From Bdellovibrionia bacterium (GTDB lineage: Bacteria; Bdellovibrionota; Bdellovibrionia; Bdellovibrionales; JAUICD01): a stretch of DNA of 64,000 nt. Below are positions 48,014 to 56,739 of the stretch, one piece after another. The notes under the pieces are model-generated. The model was not told where the DNA came from. It ran no database searches and was given only the letters and a program-made list of their open reading frames with translations. The first letter of the stretch is position 1, and the number at the start of each line of letters is the position of its first letter. The DNA is taken from positions 19,389-83,388 of the forward strand of contig JAUICD010000005.1 of assembly GCA_030427965.1 (NCBI GenBank). The letters are read 5' to 3'. A program made the position numbers and the translations under genes.

Positions 48014-48218
48014 TAAAATCACCAACGTAAAAACCTTCGCCCGTATCAAAAACTCGACACAAGAAATAGCAAGGCCAAAACAACATCAGCTATATTCAGG
48101 CAAATTGAATTCTATCAATTCCAAAAGAAGCCATATCCTCTAAAGTAGAAACACCCCCTATAAACTCACAAGATATTTGTTTCAGCTTTTACCCCCCCCC
48201 GGGCCTAATCACAATCCA

Positions 48219-49061
48219 TCAAGTCGACATATTCTCCGATTCAAAAAGAAATTCACTTTTTTCTTGAAGGCGAGGCCGAGGAAACGGTTCAAATGCTTTT
48301 TTAGCTCTTGAGTAGATATCTGTTTCTATCGCTTTTTCATACTTCACATCTAAAACATAGCATTTTCCAGTTAACAGGAGCACAGGGCGTCCCAAAACCA
48401 GCTCTTCACTTACAATCAGTGCAATTGGCTTCTTCAGATAAACAAATCGACTTGTTGAAATAACATCGCTCAATTTTCTTTTTGCAAGCTCAATATCCGC
48501 GGATAGGTCAAAATAAAACTTCACAACAACCATCATATCCAGTTGTCCAGCATTTCCACTACTCACAGCTTCTGTAATAAATTTACTGTTCGGAATAGTT
48601 ACTAAATTATCATCTAGAGTTACCAATCTCACGGCCCTCAAGCCAATAGATTTAATCTCTCCATATATTCCCTCAAATGAAACACGGTCCCCAACATGAA
48701 ATGGTCTGTCAAAAAGCAAAATCAATCCTGCAATGATTGAAGCAACAAGATCTTTTAATGAAAGGCCAACAGCAACTGCAAGACTTCCCCCTGCTGCAAG
48801 CAATAATTCTTTTGGTGGACGTATAATAGAAAAGAATAAAAAATTAATTCCAAAAATATAAGAAAAAAATGAAATCACGGTTTCAATTTGAGAAATCAGC
48901 AACCGTCGAGCCGGAATCGCTTTTTCAATCTTATCTGCAAAATATCCAATAGCTTTAACAAAAAAAACCAAAAGTATTATACTTACTGCAAATGTAAAAA
49001 CTTTCTGAAAAGCAAAAAGTTCAAAAAACTGAGAAACTTGATCCAATTGAACATTATCCAT
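48219..49061 (-). CDS. Small-conductance mechanosensitive channel (MscS family)
   Basis: 280 aa. Three TM segments followed by 'LILLFDRPFHVGDRV...GEIKSIGLRAVRLVTLDDNLVTIPNS'. Confidence 0.85.
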   Translation of the reverse strand: MDNVQLDQVSQFFELFAFQKVFTFAVSIILLVFFVKAIGYFADKIEKAIPARRLLISQIETVISFFSYIFGINFLFFSIIRPPKELLLAAGGSLAVAVGLSLKDLVASIIAGLILLFDRPFHVGDRVSFEGIYGEIKSIGLRAVRLVTLDDNLVTIPNSKFITEAVSSGNAGQLDMMVVVKFYFDLSADIELAKRKLSDVISTSRFVYLKKPIALIVSEELVLGRPVLLLTGKCYVLDVKYEKAIETDIYSRAKKAFEPFPRPRLQEKSEFLFESENMST

Positions 49062-51624
49062 AAATCAAATTTCTCCCACTTAAAAATGAATACACAACAT
49101 ATTGTGATTTAGGGTGAATTTTCCATCTAAATCGATTGATTTTCTGTAACAACATACTATCCTCGCCAAACTTAAGGGCCTGTTTCATCAAGCTTTGAGG
49201 TAAATCACACACTGAAACAAGTTCTGGAAAAGTCAAATTTTCATGTTTTACAAGAGCTGCATAGATCATCAGCGCCTCATCACTAAGATTTCCTAAAACT
49301 CGAGGGTTCGTAAACTCAGGAACAGTAATTTGAATAACCCCCCTCGAGTCAATGCTTGCAGCTGACAACCACAGCTCTTGTGCAGTTTTTGGATTCCCCT
49401 TTGATTGCCCCCAAAGAAGTCTAAAAAACTGAACTTCTAGCCCCGAAGAAGATTCCAATATGTCTCCCTTATGTACAGCGCTGATGACATTATCAAATTT
49501 AATTTTTCGACCCGACTTTTTGTGACGACTAAGTATTAGATCTTGAATTTCAGAATCCATCCAGGAAAGAACTTCTACTTTTTCACCTAAAAAATGATTA
49601 TTTCCAAAAATCCCATTTAGATGATTTAAGGCTTTTTCATCACATGATAAACACCAAAAAATATTTTCCAACTGAAGACTTGTCAGCTCAATAAGAGCTC
49701 TGTAGACCTCCAACCCTTGAGTTGTATTTAAATAGAGGTTATGAATATCATCAAATACAAGTAAGGTTTTATCAATACTTCGATCCATCTTTTCAAAATC
49801 CTGAATACTCTCAATCTTTAATTCAAAAACCGAAGAAAGTGTTTCATAGAAGTTTTTAATCGAAATAATTTTCTTCTTCAAATCAACTCTTTTCACTTGA
49901 AGCGAGTCACCAAAGTGAGTGGATATACTGTTGAGCAATGTGGATTTTCCGATTCCATAATTTCCGTATATCAAAAGTAAATCATCATGCGAAGTACCCT
50001 CTTTCCACTGCTCTATAAATTTGTAAGATTTCTCTTTGGGGTTTCGACTCAAATTAATTTCAATGTCGTTTGAGTTTTCTAGATCAGAAAAAACTTCGAC
50101 ATATGTTACTCCAACGTCTGCATTATGATTGTCGACACCCTCTGATGCTTCTTCTAGTCGTTTTTTGAATATTTCAGAAGTGATCTTTTTTCCAATTTCA
50201 AATCTAGAAAGCCATTGATAAACCCAACCTACAAAAAGAAAGCCCACATTACCCAGAAACAAAATTGGATATACAATGAGTTCCAGTGGCAAATTGGAAA
50301 GGTTTTTGATCCTCTGTTGAAATTTTGATAATAACCATTGCTCTGACAAGGACAACAACTCCTCCCGCCACTTCCTCGATTCAAATGCAATAATCAAAAA
50401 ATTCACACTTAAAATTGAATCAAACACCAAATTATAGATTAATGCCTGTCTTACAATATCTTCCGTCGCATGTAAAAAAGCCCATTGTGCAAAGAAAAGT
50501 ATACTCAGCTCTCTTGCTGTTGCCTGTACCTTTGGTTGTTTCGTGCGAACTTTATTTAAATTTCTCGACAAAAGAACTTGGCTCAAAACTGAACCAAAAA
50601 ATATTCGAAAAATTCGATAAAGCACATAGATGTTTAAATAGGGAAGAAATACAGAAAGTGGCTCAAGAAGTGTTCCAATTAAAAGACTATATGAAATTTT
50701 AATTGTTAGATACGCAAATATCCAAGACAAGTACGGGTTTATTCGACCAATCCAAAATGCAACCTTTGCCTTTTGTTTAAAATCCATTTGAGATCTTGTG
50801 AAGATTTGTTTTCGATAGTTTTCCAAGAATGTCGAAAACTTTTCAAAGATGCGAATTAAGAAAAATGGAAGCAATAAGACAATAAAGAGTACAAAAAGAT
50901 GTTTTACAATTTGAAACCAGCCCCGAATACCCTCTTGTCCCATTTTTTTTACGTCAAAATACTTTTCGGATAAAATTGCAAGAACTCGATAGGGAACAAC
51001 TTGCACCTCTCGAGCATAGTCCTTCAATATGTCACGATCAAATCCCCAAACCGAATAAGTACCACGATCAATCAATGTGTTCATCGTTGCTGCTCGAACT
51101 CTACCTGCATTAAGTAATGCACGCGATTGTAGGTCACGTTCTTTGCGCTTCAACGTTAAAAGCTCATCCTCAACAGTCTCTCTTAATTCTTTTAAAGATT
51201 GAACAGTTGAGAGCGTTTTTTCATCAACACCCTCTCTCTCATCGCTGTTTGAAAATTCAGACGGGAGAGTTGGTACATCCTCTAAAATTTCCGTGTCTGA
51301 TTTAAATAGATTTGAAATGGCTTCATCAACATTTCTACGCCATATTCTTGTAACCAAGTTGAGATCTTCAAGAGAAATTGATTTTGGAGACTTTTTAATT
51401 TTTCTATCAATCTGTCCGAGAGTTTTTGCGTTCTCATTCAATTTTTCAATTCTGTCTCGAATTGTAGCGAGACTTTCCCCCTTATAGGCTACAAGTTCCG
51501 CCTTATAACTCTCTAAAGATTTAGGAATTTGATCAGAGTCATCATCTACAGATTTCTGGCCAACTGCTGGCTGAACAACTGCCAGAACCATAAATACAAA
51601 AAAAGATATCCATTTTTTTTTCAT
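49054..51624 (-). CDS. Membrane-anchored P-loop (AAA+/ORC-ExeA-like) NTPase with a periplasmic coiled-coil N-terminus
   Basis: 856 aa. Signal peptide, about 210 aa of charged coiled-coil sequence, then about 6 hydrophobic segments (aa 240-470). Walker A 'GNYGIGKST', Walker B 'LLVFDDIH' and a sensor-like 'GNPKTA'. A C-terminal winged-helix-like region follows. Its stop overlaps the MscS ATG by 8 nt. Confidence 0.7.
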   Translation of the reverse strand: MKKKWISFFVFMVLAVVQPAVGQKSVDDDSDQIPKSLESYKAELVAYKGESLATIRDRIEKLNENAKTLGQIDRKIKKSPKSISLEDLNLVTRIWRRNVDEAISNLFKSDTEILEDVPTLPSEFSNSDEREGVDEKTLSTVQSLKELRETVEDELLTLKRKERDLQSRALLNAGRVRAATMNTLIDRGTYSVWGFDRDILKDYAREVQVVPYRVLAILSEKYFDVKKMGQEGIRGWFQIVKHLFVLFIVLLLPFFLIRIFEKFSTFLENYRKQIFTRSQMDFKQKAKVAFWIGRINPYLSWIFAYLTIKISYSLLIGTLLEPLSVFLPYLNIYVLYRIFRIFFGSVLSQVLLSRNLNKVRTKQPKVQATARELSILFFAQWAFLHATEDIVRQALIYNLVFDSILSVNFLIIAFESRKWREELLSLSEQWLLSKFQQRIKNLSNLPLELIVYPILFLGNVGFLFVGWVYQWLSRFEIGKKITSEIFKKRLEEASEGVDNHNADVGVTYVEVFSDLENSNDIEINLSRNPKEKSYKFIEQWKEGTSHDDLLLIYGNYGIGKSTLLNSISTHFGDSLQVKRVDLKKKIISIKNFYETLSSVFELKIESIQDFEKMDRSIDKTLLVFDDIHNLYLNTTQGLEVYRALIELTSLQLENIFWCLSCDEKALNHLNGIFGNNHFLGEKVEVLSWMDSEIQDLILSRHKKSGRKIKFDNVISAVHKGDILESSSGLEVQFFRLLWGQSKGNPKTAQELWLSAASIDSRGVIQITVPEFTNPRVLGNLSDEALMIYAALVKHENLTFPELVSVCDLPQSLMKQALKFGEDSMLLQKINRFRWKIHPKSQYVVYSFLSGRNLIYG

Positions 51625-51720
51625 TGAACAGGAATACCATCAAGAAGTTTCAAGTTCACTTGAAAATTGATTTTTCTTTTAAAACAACTCTCTTTGCCAA
51701 AGAATATCATCACGTTTGGG

Positions 51721-52230
51721 TCAACGAAGATTTCGAACTTGAAAAGATAAAATGCGAGAATCCCCTGAAGAATGCCTGATTTCAGGAACAGCCTTCATTC
51801 CTATTTTTTTCAATACAACTTGTGAGGCTATATTTTCGATATGAGTAAATGCCAACACCCCCTCGCACTTCAACTCCGAAAAAGCATAATGGATTAACAT
51901 CTCTGAGGATTCACTTGCATACCCCACTCCCCATCTCTTTTTGGCAATCATGAACCCCAGTTCAGGATTTGTATAATTTGTCATTTTTAGCATCACCCAA
52001 CCCACAAAATCCCCAATTGAAATGTCCTCAATACAAAATACACCAAAAGGATTTGGGGGCCCACTGACCCACTCCTTGAATCGCTCAAGGATCTTGTCTT
52101 CAGACTGAGGGACACCAAACCCTGTATATTTCATGATCTCTGGGTCCTCCATAAGTTTTCTAACTCCTGGGAGATCTTTTTCAAGAAAGGGACGAATCCA
52201 TATTCGATTAGATTTCAATAACTTAGACAT
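51721..52230 (-). CDS. GNAT family N-acetyltransferase (RimJ/RimL-like)
   Basis: 169 aa. 'WGVGYASE' is an acetyl-CoA-binding motif. Confidence 0.8.
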   Translation of the reverse strand: MSKLLKSNRIWIRPFLEKDLPGVRKLMEDPEIMKYTGFGVPQSEDKILERFKEWVSGPPNPFGVFCIEDISIGDFVGWVMLKMTNYTNPELGFMIAKKRWGVGYASESSEMLIHYAFSELKCEGVLAFTHIENIASQVVLKKIGMKAVPEIRHSSGDSRILSFQVRNLR

Positions 52231-52370
52231 TTATCACCTGGTTTAGGGTCACCCTAGCACGTCCCCATTGTTTTTCCAGAACAAGAGTAAATTCGCAAAT
52301 CACTTGTTAAGTTTTCGGTAGCAACCGCCCCACCTTCTACGCTAAAACAAAACCAATTTTGGAGGAAATA

Positions 52371-53408
52371 GTGTTCACCTTTGAAGAAAAATACGCTGCC
52401 ATAGGTAAAAGTGGATCTCATTTTGAAGGCATGTTTATTACCGCAGTAAAGTCCACCGGGATATTCTGCAGACCCTCCTGCCGAGCAAAAAAGCCTCGTA
52501 TTGAAAATGTTGAGTTTTTCAACACAACTGACGAGGCTATCAAACATGGATACAGACCATGTAAGATATGTAAGCCCATGGAACCCAAAGGCAAAACCCC
52601 AGATTACATAAAAATGCTGATAGAGCTTCTTCACAGCGAGCCATATAACAAAATTAAAGATTCTGATCTTAAAAACCTTGGCTTAGAGCCCAATCACATC
52701 AGAAGATGGTTTAAGCAAAACCACTCAATGACTTTTCAGTCCTATCAAAGAATGTTGCGTCTCAATTCAGGATTTCAACAGATTCAACATGGAGATTCTA
52801 TCACTAAATCCGCCTTTGAAAATGGATTTGATTCACTCAGTGGATTTAACGAGAGTTACAAAAAGGTTTTTGGATACGCACCAACCAAAAACAAAGAAAC
52901 TTCTGTCGTAGTTATTGAGCGATTCACAACTCAATTGGGGGCTATGTATATAGCTGCAACTGAAAAGGGCGTCTGCTTACTTGAGTTCACAGACAGACGA
53001 ATGCTTGAATCAGAGTTAAAAGACATTAGAAAAAGACTAAAGTGCGCCATCCTGCCTGGAAGCAATCAACATACAAGCCTTGGTATCTCAGAAGTGAATC
53101 GTTTTCTGAAAGGCGAGTTGAAAAAGTTTACCGTAGAGCTTGATCCTCTGGGAACTGAGTTTCAGAAAAAGGTCTGGGCACTACTGATTCGCATTCCATA
53201 TGGAAAAACATGGTCCTATTTAGAACAAGCCAAGAAATTGAATATGCCCAAATCTGTTCGTGCTGTTGCCAATGCCAATGGTATGAATAAAATCGCATTG
53301 ATAATCCCATGCCATAGAGTCATTGGCTCAAACGGCAATCTCACTGGCTACGGAGGTGGAATTCCTAGAAAAAAATGGCTCCTAGAACTCGAACAATCTA
53401 AAAATTAA
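52371..53408 (+). CDS. ada: Ada-like bifunctional regulator/repair protein: N-Ada zinc domain, AraC HTH and O6-methylguanine-DNA methyltransferase
   Basis: GGAGGA lies 4 nt before GTG 52371 (the ORF opens at TTG 52359). 'CRPSCRAKKP...CKIC' are the Ada Cys4 ligands. An AraC-type HTH follows. The C-terminal active site is 'IPCHRVIG'. Confidence 0.85.
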   Translation: MFTFEEKYAAIGKSGSHFEGMFITAVKSTGIFCRPSCRAKKPRIENVEFFNTTDEAIKHGYRPCKICKPMEPKGKTPDYIKMLIELLHSEPYNKIKDSDLKNLGLEPNHIRRWFKQNHSMTFQSYQRMLRLNSGFQQIQHGDSITKSAFENGFDSLSGFNESYKKVFGYAPTKNKETSVVVIERFTTQLGAMYIAATEKGVCLLEFTDRRMLESELKDIRKRLKCAILPGSNQHTSLGISEVNRFLKGELKKFTVELDPLGTEFQKKVWALLIRIPYGKTWSYLEQAKKLNMPKSVRAVANANGMNKIALIIPCHRVIGSNGNLTGYGGGIPRKKWLLELEQSKN

Positions 53409-53521
53409 CAACCGCCCACAATTTTTTATACGAGCAATCTATCACAATGAATTGCTATAAATCTCGAAAAACTCATACTTTCCCCCTGTTAAAAATGAAT
53501 AACACCACTCAAGAGCATGAC

Positions 53522-53863
53522 TTATCCACCCGTTTTTTTCCATTTGAGGTTCTTTTTTTCAAGTTGAGTTGTGACAAGATCTAATTTTTCACCATGTATC
53601 TCAATATATTTGTCTTTGTAAGTTCCACCCACACCAAGGGATTTCTTAAGATCTTTTGTTAGGTTTTTACACCACTCCTTATCACTTGGTAATCCTGTGA
53701 TTTCAATAACTGTGCGTCCCTTTCCAGAAGTCAGGCGGCGAATTTTTAATTCTATTGAGTTTTCAATAAAAGACGTTGAAACAGGTGGCTGGGGTTTTTG
53801 ATTCTTTCGAAGATCACCCCTACCATCTTCCCACACAAGTTTATTTTTTCCGTTTTTTGACAT
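53522..53863 (-). CDS. yciH: SUI1/YciH translation initiation factor-like protein
   Basis: ATG 53863 is preceded by a GGAG sequence. 'GKGRTVIEITGL' and 'LKKSLGVGGT' are typical SUI1 sequences. Confidence 0.85.
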   Translation of the reverse strand: MSKNGKNKLVWEDGRGDLRKNQKPQPPVSTSFIENSIELKIRRLTSGKGRTVIEITGLPSDKEWCKNLTKDLKKSLGVGGTYKDKYIEIHGEKLDLVTTQLEKKNLKWKKTGG

Positions 53864-54039
53864 AATCTCCGAGTCACTCCAGTTTACTTTGATAAGAAAT
53901 ACCATATCTAGGTAATCTGATGCTATCGCATCATCTCAGTCCCATCGAACCAAAAATTAAAGATTTCCACCTCGACGTCCAAATCACATCAACACGAATA
54001 CTCATAAGTATTTGATATATAATGACTTTATCGATCATA

Positions 54040-54068
54040 TTGACATCTCATGTAAACCCCAGTATATT
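54040..54068 (+). promoter_or_regulatory. Near-consensus sigma70-type promoter
   Basis: TTGACA at 54040-54045, a 17-nt spacer, then TATATT at 54063-54068. The predicted transcription start falls at or next to the ATG at 54076. Confidence 0.55.
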
Positions 54069-54090
54069 CAACCATATGGTTGAATATACT
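54061..54090. promoter_or_regulatory. Perfect 30-bp palindrome (candidate ArsR/SmtB-type operator)
   Basis: 'agtatattcaaccatatggttgaatatact' equals its own reverse complement. It overlaps the -10 element and is centred on the ArsR-family ATG. Confidence 0.6.
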
Positions 54091-54441
54091 TTTAATGAAC
54101 AAGAAGCCAATCTGGATCGAGTTTTTCATGCATTAGCAGACTCAACCAGAAGAAGTATGCTCAATCGGCTAAAAGAAGACGAATACCGAGTTACAGAACT
54201 TGCAAGTTTGTACAAAGTCTCACTCAACGCTATTTCAAAACATCTTAAAGTTTTAGAGAACGCTCAACTGATTGATCGAAATATTCAAGGACGAGTTCAT
54301 CTCTGCAAGACGAATTCTGACAAACTCAAGGATATCGAGCTTTGGATGACTCCTTACAAAAAATTCTGGAAATCAAGTTTGGATAATTTAGAAAAATATC
54401 TCGTAAGTAAAAAAAACAAAGGAGAACAAGGTGACAAATGA
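54076..54441 (+). CDS. ArsR/SmtB-family transcriptional regulator
   Basis: 121 aa counted from ATG 54076. 'FHALADSTRRSMLNRL' and 'ELASLYKVSLNAISKHLKVLENAQLI' form the wHTH. Confidence 0.85.
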   Translation: MVEYTFNEQEANLDRVFHALADSTRRSMLNRLKEDEYRVTELASLYKVSLNAISKHLKVLENAQLIDRNIQGRVHLCKTNSDKLKDIELWMTPYKKFWKSSLDNLEKYLVSKKNKGEQGDK

Positions 54442-54868
54442 AACTTACTCTTTAACCGTGGAAAAAATTCTTTCCGCAACGCCAGAAATGATTTTTGATG
54501 CTTGGCTTGATGAAAATAACATCAATGCTTGGATGAAACCCGGTGAAGCCGTCCGCGTACCAAATCCAAAAATTGATGCCAAAGTTGGAGGAAAGTTTGA
54601 TCTAACTATGGACGTTGGTGAACAATTACTTCCACATGTTGGTGAATATAAAAAAATTGATCGGCCCACAGAGTTGCAATTCTCATGGAACTCTCCCGGA
54701 ACTCATGGACTCGACACACTTGTAACTATAACGCTTGAACCCATTGGAGCTGGAAAAACCAAATTAACACTTGTACACAATTTACTGCCAGACAAAGAAT
54801 CCCGAGACAGTCACAATGGCGGTTGGACGCGAATTGTAGAAGAGTTACATAAACATATGTCTAAATGA
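54431..54868 (+). CDS. SRPBCC / Aha1-domain protein
   Basis: 145 aa. GGAGA lies upstream of GTG 54431, and the ORF overlaps the ArsR gene stop by 11 nt. ArsR genes are commonly paired with an Aha1-domain gene. Confidence 0.8.
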   Translation: MTNETYSLTVEKILSATPEMIFDAWLDENNINAWMKPGEAVRVPNPKIDAKVGGKFDLTMDVGEQLLPHVGEYKKIDRPTELQFSWNSPGTHGLDTLVTITLEPIGAGKTKLTLVHNLLPDKESRDSHNGGWTRIVEELHKHMSK

Positions 54869-55025
54869 AGAAACGATATTTTTAGAAAAAACATGGGAAA
54901 CGCCTTATGATTTAGGGTTTTCAAAACATAGTTTGAAAAAATTAAAAATTAGATAATAATAAATAAATTTCTTATTCTCATAGAGAATTTAAGAAACTAA
55001 AAACATCACCAAGGAGAAAACATCT

Positions 55026-55421
55026 ATGAACGCAAAGAAAATTCTAATCTCATCTATTGCAGCATTTGCATTTGTTTTTATTTTCGAAATGCTTTGGCAT
55101 GGATTTTTAATGAAAGATCTTTATGAAGCAACAGCATCTGTATGGAGACCTCAAGAGGATTGCAATATGGGCGTTATGCTTCTAAGCCAATTTCTATTTG
55201 CTTTATCTATGACAATTTTTTGGGCAAAAATTGGGAAACATGGTGAATGTAAAAAGGGTATCGGATTTGGAGTGCTTTCAGGGCTCGTTGTTGCATCTCC
55301 ACAGCTTGCAACTTTTTGCTACCTTCCAATTCCAATTACGATTTCCCTACTTTGGATGTTGTCCGTTGTTTTGCGAGGACTTGGAGTAGGTCTTATCATT
55401 GCCAAACTCTATAAAGCATAA
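55026..55421 (+). CDS. Small integral membrane protein of unknown function
   Basis: 131 aa with an AGGAGA RBS and 4 hydrophobic segments. Confidence 0.5.
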   Translation: MNAKKILISSIAAFAFVFIFEMLWHGFLMKDLYEATASVWRPQEDCNMGVMLLSQFLFALSMTIFWAKIGKHGECKKGIGFGVLSGLVVASPQLATFCYLPIPITISLLWMLSVVLRGLGVGLIIAKLYKA

Positions 55422-55446
55422 TATTTAAACTTAAACCACCTGATGT

Positions 55447-55485
55447 TCAATCATCAGAGGCGTGACCTACCTCTCTGATGATTGA
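55447..55485. terminator. Stem-loop terminator
   Basis: 13-bp perfect stem tcaatcatcagag / ctctgatgattga with a 13-nt loop, followed by 'ctttt'. Confidence 0.6.
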
Positions 55486-55551
55486 CTTTTCCAAATATCT
55501 CCAGCTTCATACAAGATCACAACGGTAGACTCAAAATCTTTTTCAAAGTTT

Positions 55552-56550
55552 CTATGCTCTTCTTGGACGAACACGAAACAAAACGTTTAGATAGCCTAAA
55601 AATATTAATACTGCCATAAATTGATGAGTGGCTGCCAAAGGAATTGGTACAAAGTATAAAATATTTAAAATTCCAATCAGAATTTGAAATAAAACTATAG
55701 ATACCAAATGCACCATTGGTCTTAAAAACTTACTATTCTCACGCACAAGAATATAAGAGAGCCCAAGAACACAGATCGATATCAAGATGCCAATCCATCT
55801 ATGTACCCACTGCACTGTTGGTGGATTTATTAAAAAGTTCTGTAAAAAAGCATCATGACTTACCCCCGATGGTGGAAAAAACTGACCACCCATCATCGGA
55901 AACGTTGGAAAATAAATCCCTGCCTTCAATCCACTTGTAAAACATCCATACAAAAGTTGAATCAAGAGAAGAACTCCAAACCCAATGATCCATCTATAGG
56001 ATTTTTTTGAGAGATTCATCTCAATAGGTTTTTTCAATTTTGCAAGAGGATAATAAACAAATGCAACGGTCGTGAGAGCCAAAAAAAAGTGAGTTGCCAA
56101 CATATAATGACTCACAGAAGGCCTATGATTCAAACCAGATTTTACCATAAGCCAGCCCATAAGACCCTGGAAAGCAATAAGAGCTGGCAACAAGAGTACG
56201 TATCGACCTGATATGGTTTTTTTCCGCCACAGAAAAAAGCCTGGTATCAAAACCACAAAAAAGATAATCCTACCCAATAAGCGATGTAGGAATTCCCACC
56301 AAAAAATTTGCTTGTATTCCTTAAGATCAAAGTGAGAGTTCACCTGCTTAAACTCAGGAGATTTTTTATAAAGACTGAATTCCTTATCCCAGGCCTCTTC
56401 TGTAAGAGGCGGCAAAATACCTGCAACAGGCTTCCACTCTGTAATCGAAAGACCCGATCGAGTGAGCCTTGTTACACCACCCACTGATATCATCAAAAAA
56501 AGAAGAAAAAGAAGACTTACAAGCCAAACAATCTTTTGTTTTTCGTACAT
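55552..56550 (-). CDS. ctaA: Heme A synthase (COX15/CtaA)
   Basis: 332 aa. 'GGVTRLTRSGLSITEWKP' and conserved His-containing helices ('EFLHR', 'VHRW'). Confidence 0.85.
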   Translation of the reverse strand: MYEKQKIVWLVSLLFLLFLMISVGGVTRLTRSGLSITEWKPVAGILPPLTEEAWDKEFSLYKKSPEFKQVNSHFDLKEYKQIFWWEFLHRLLGRIIFFVVLIPGFFLWRKKTISGRYVLLLPALIAFQGLMGWLMVKSGLNHRPSVSHYMLATHFFLALTTVAFVYYPLAKLKKPIEMNLSKKSYRWIIGFGVLLLIQLLYGCFTSGLKAGIYFPTFPMMGGQFFPPSGVSHDAFLQNFLINPPTVQWVHRWIGILISICVLGLSYILVRENSKFLRPMVHLVSIVLFQILIGILNILYFVPIPLAATHQFMAVLIFLGYLNVLFRVRPRRA

Positions 56551-56739
56551 AGTACACCTTGCTCTTTTTTACATACTAAAATATTAAGAAAAAAGAAGAA
56601 TCCGTATTCTAACCACCTGCTATGATCATAAATTAAAAAATTATCAATATAATTAACTGAAAATTGTAAAAAGAGTTACTCGACTCTCTCTATTTTGCAT
56701 ATCATTGATATTGAGCCGCCCTTTGTCAAATCCGCTCTT

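Noticed and set aside
52254-52634. 126-aa minus-strand ORF overlapping the 5' end of the ada-like gene
   Set aside because: It lies antisense to a gene with clear Ada zinc-finger motifs. It looks like a compositional artefact.
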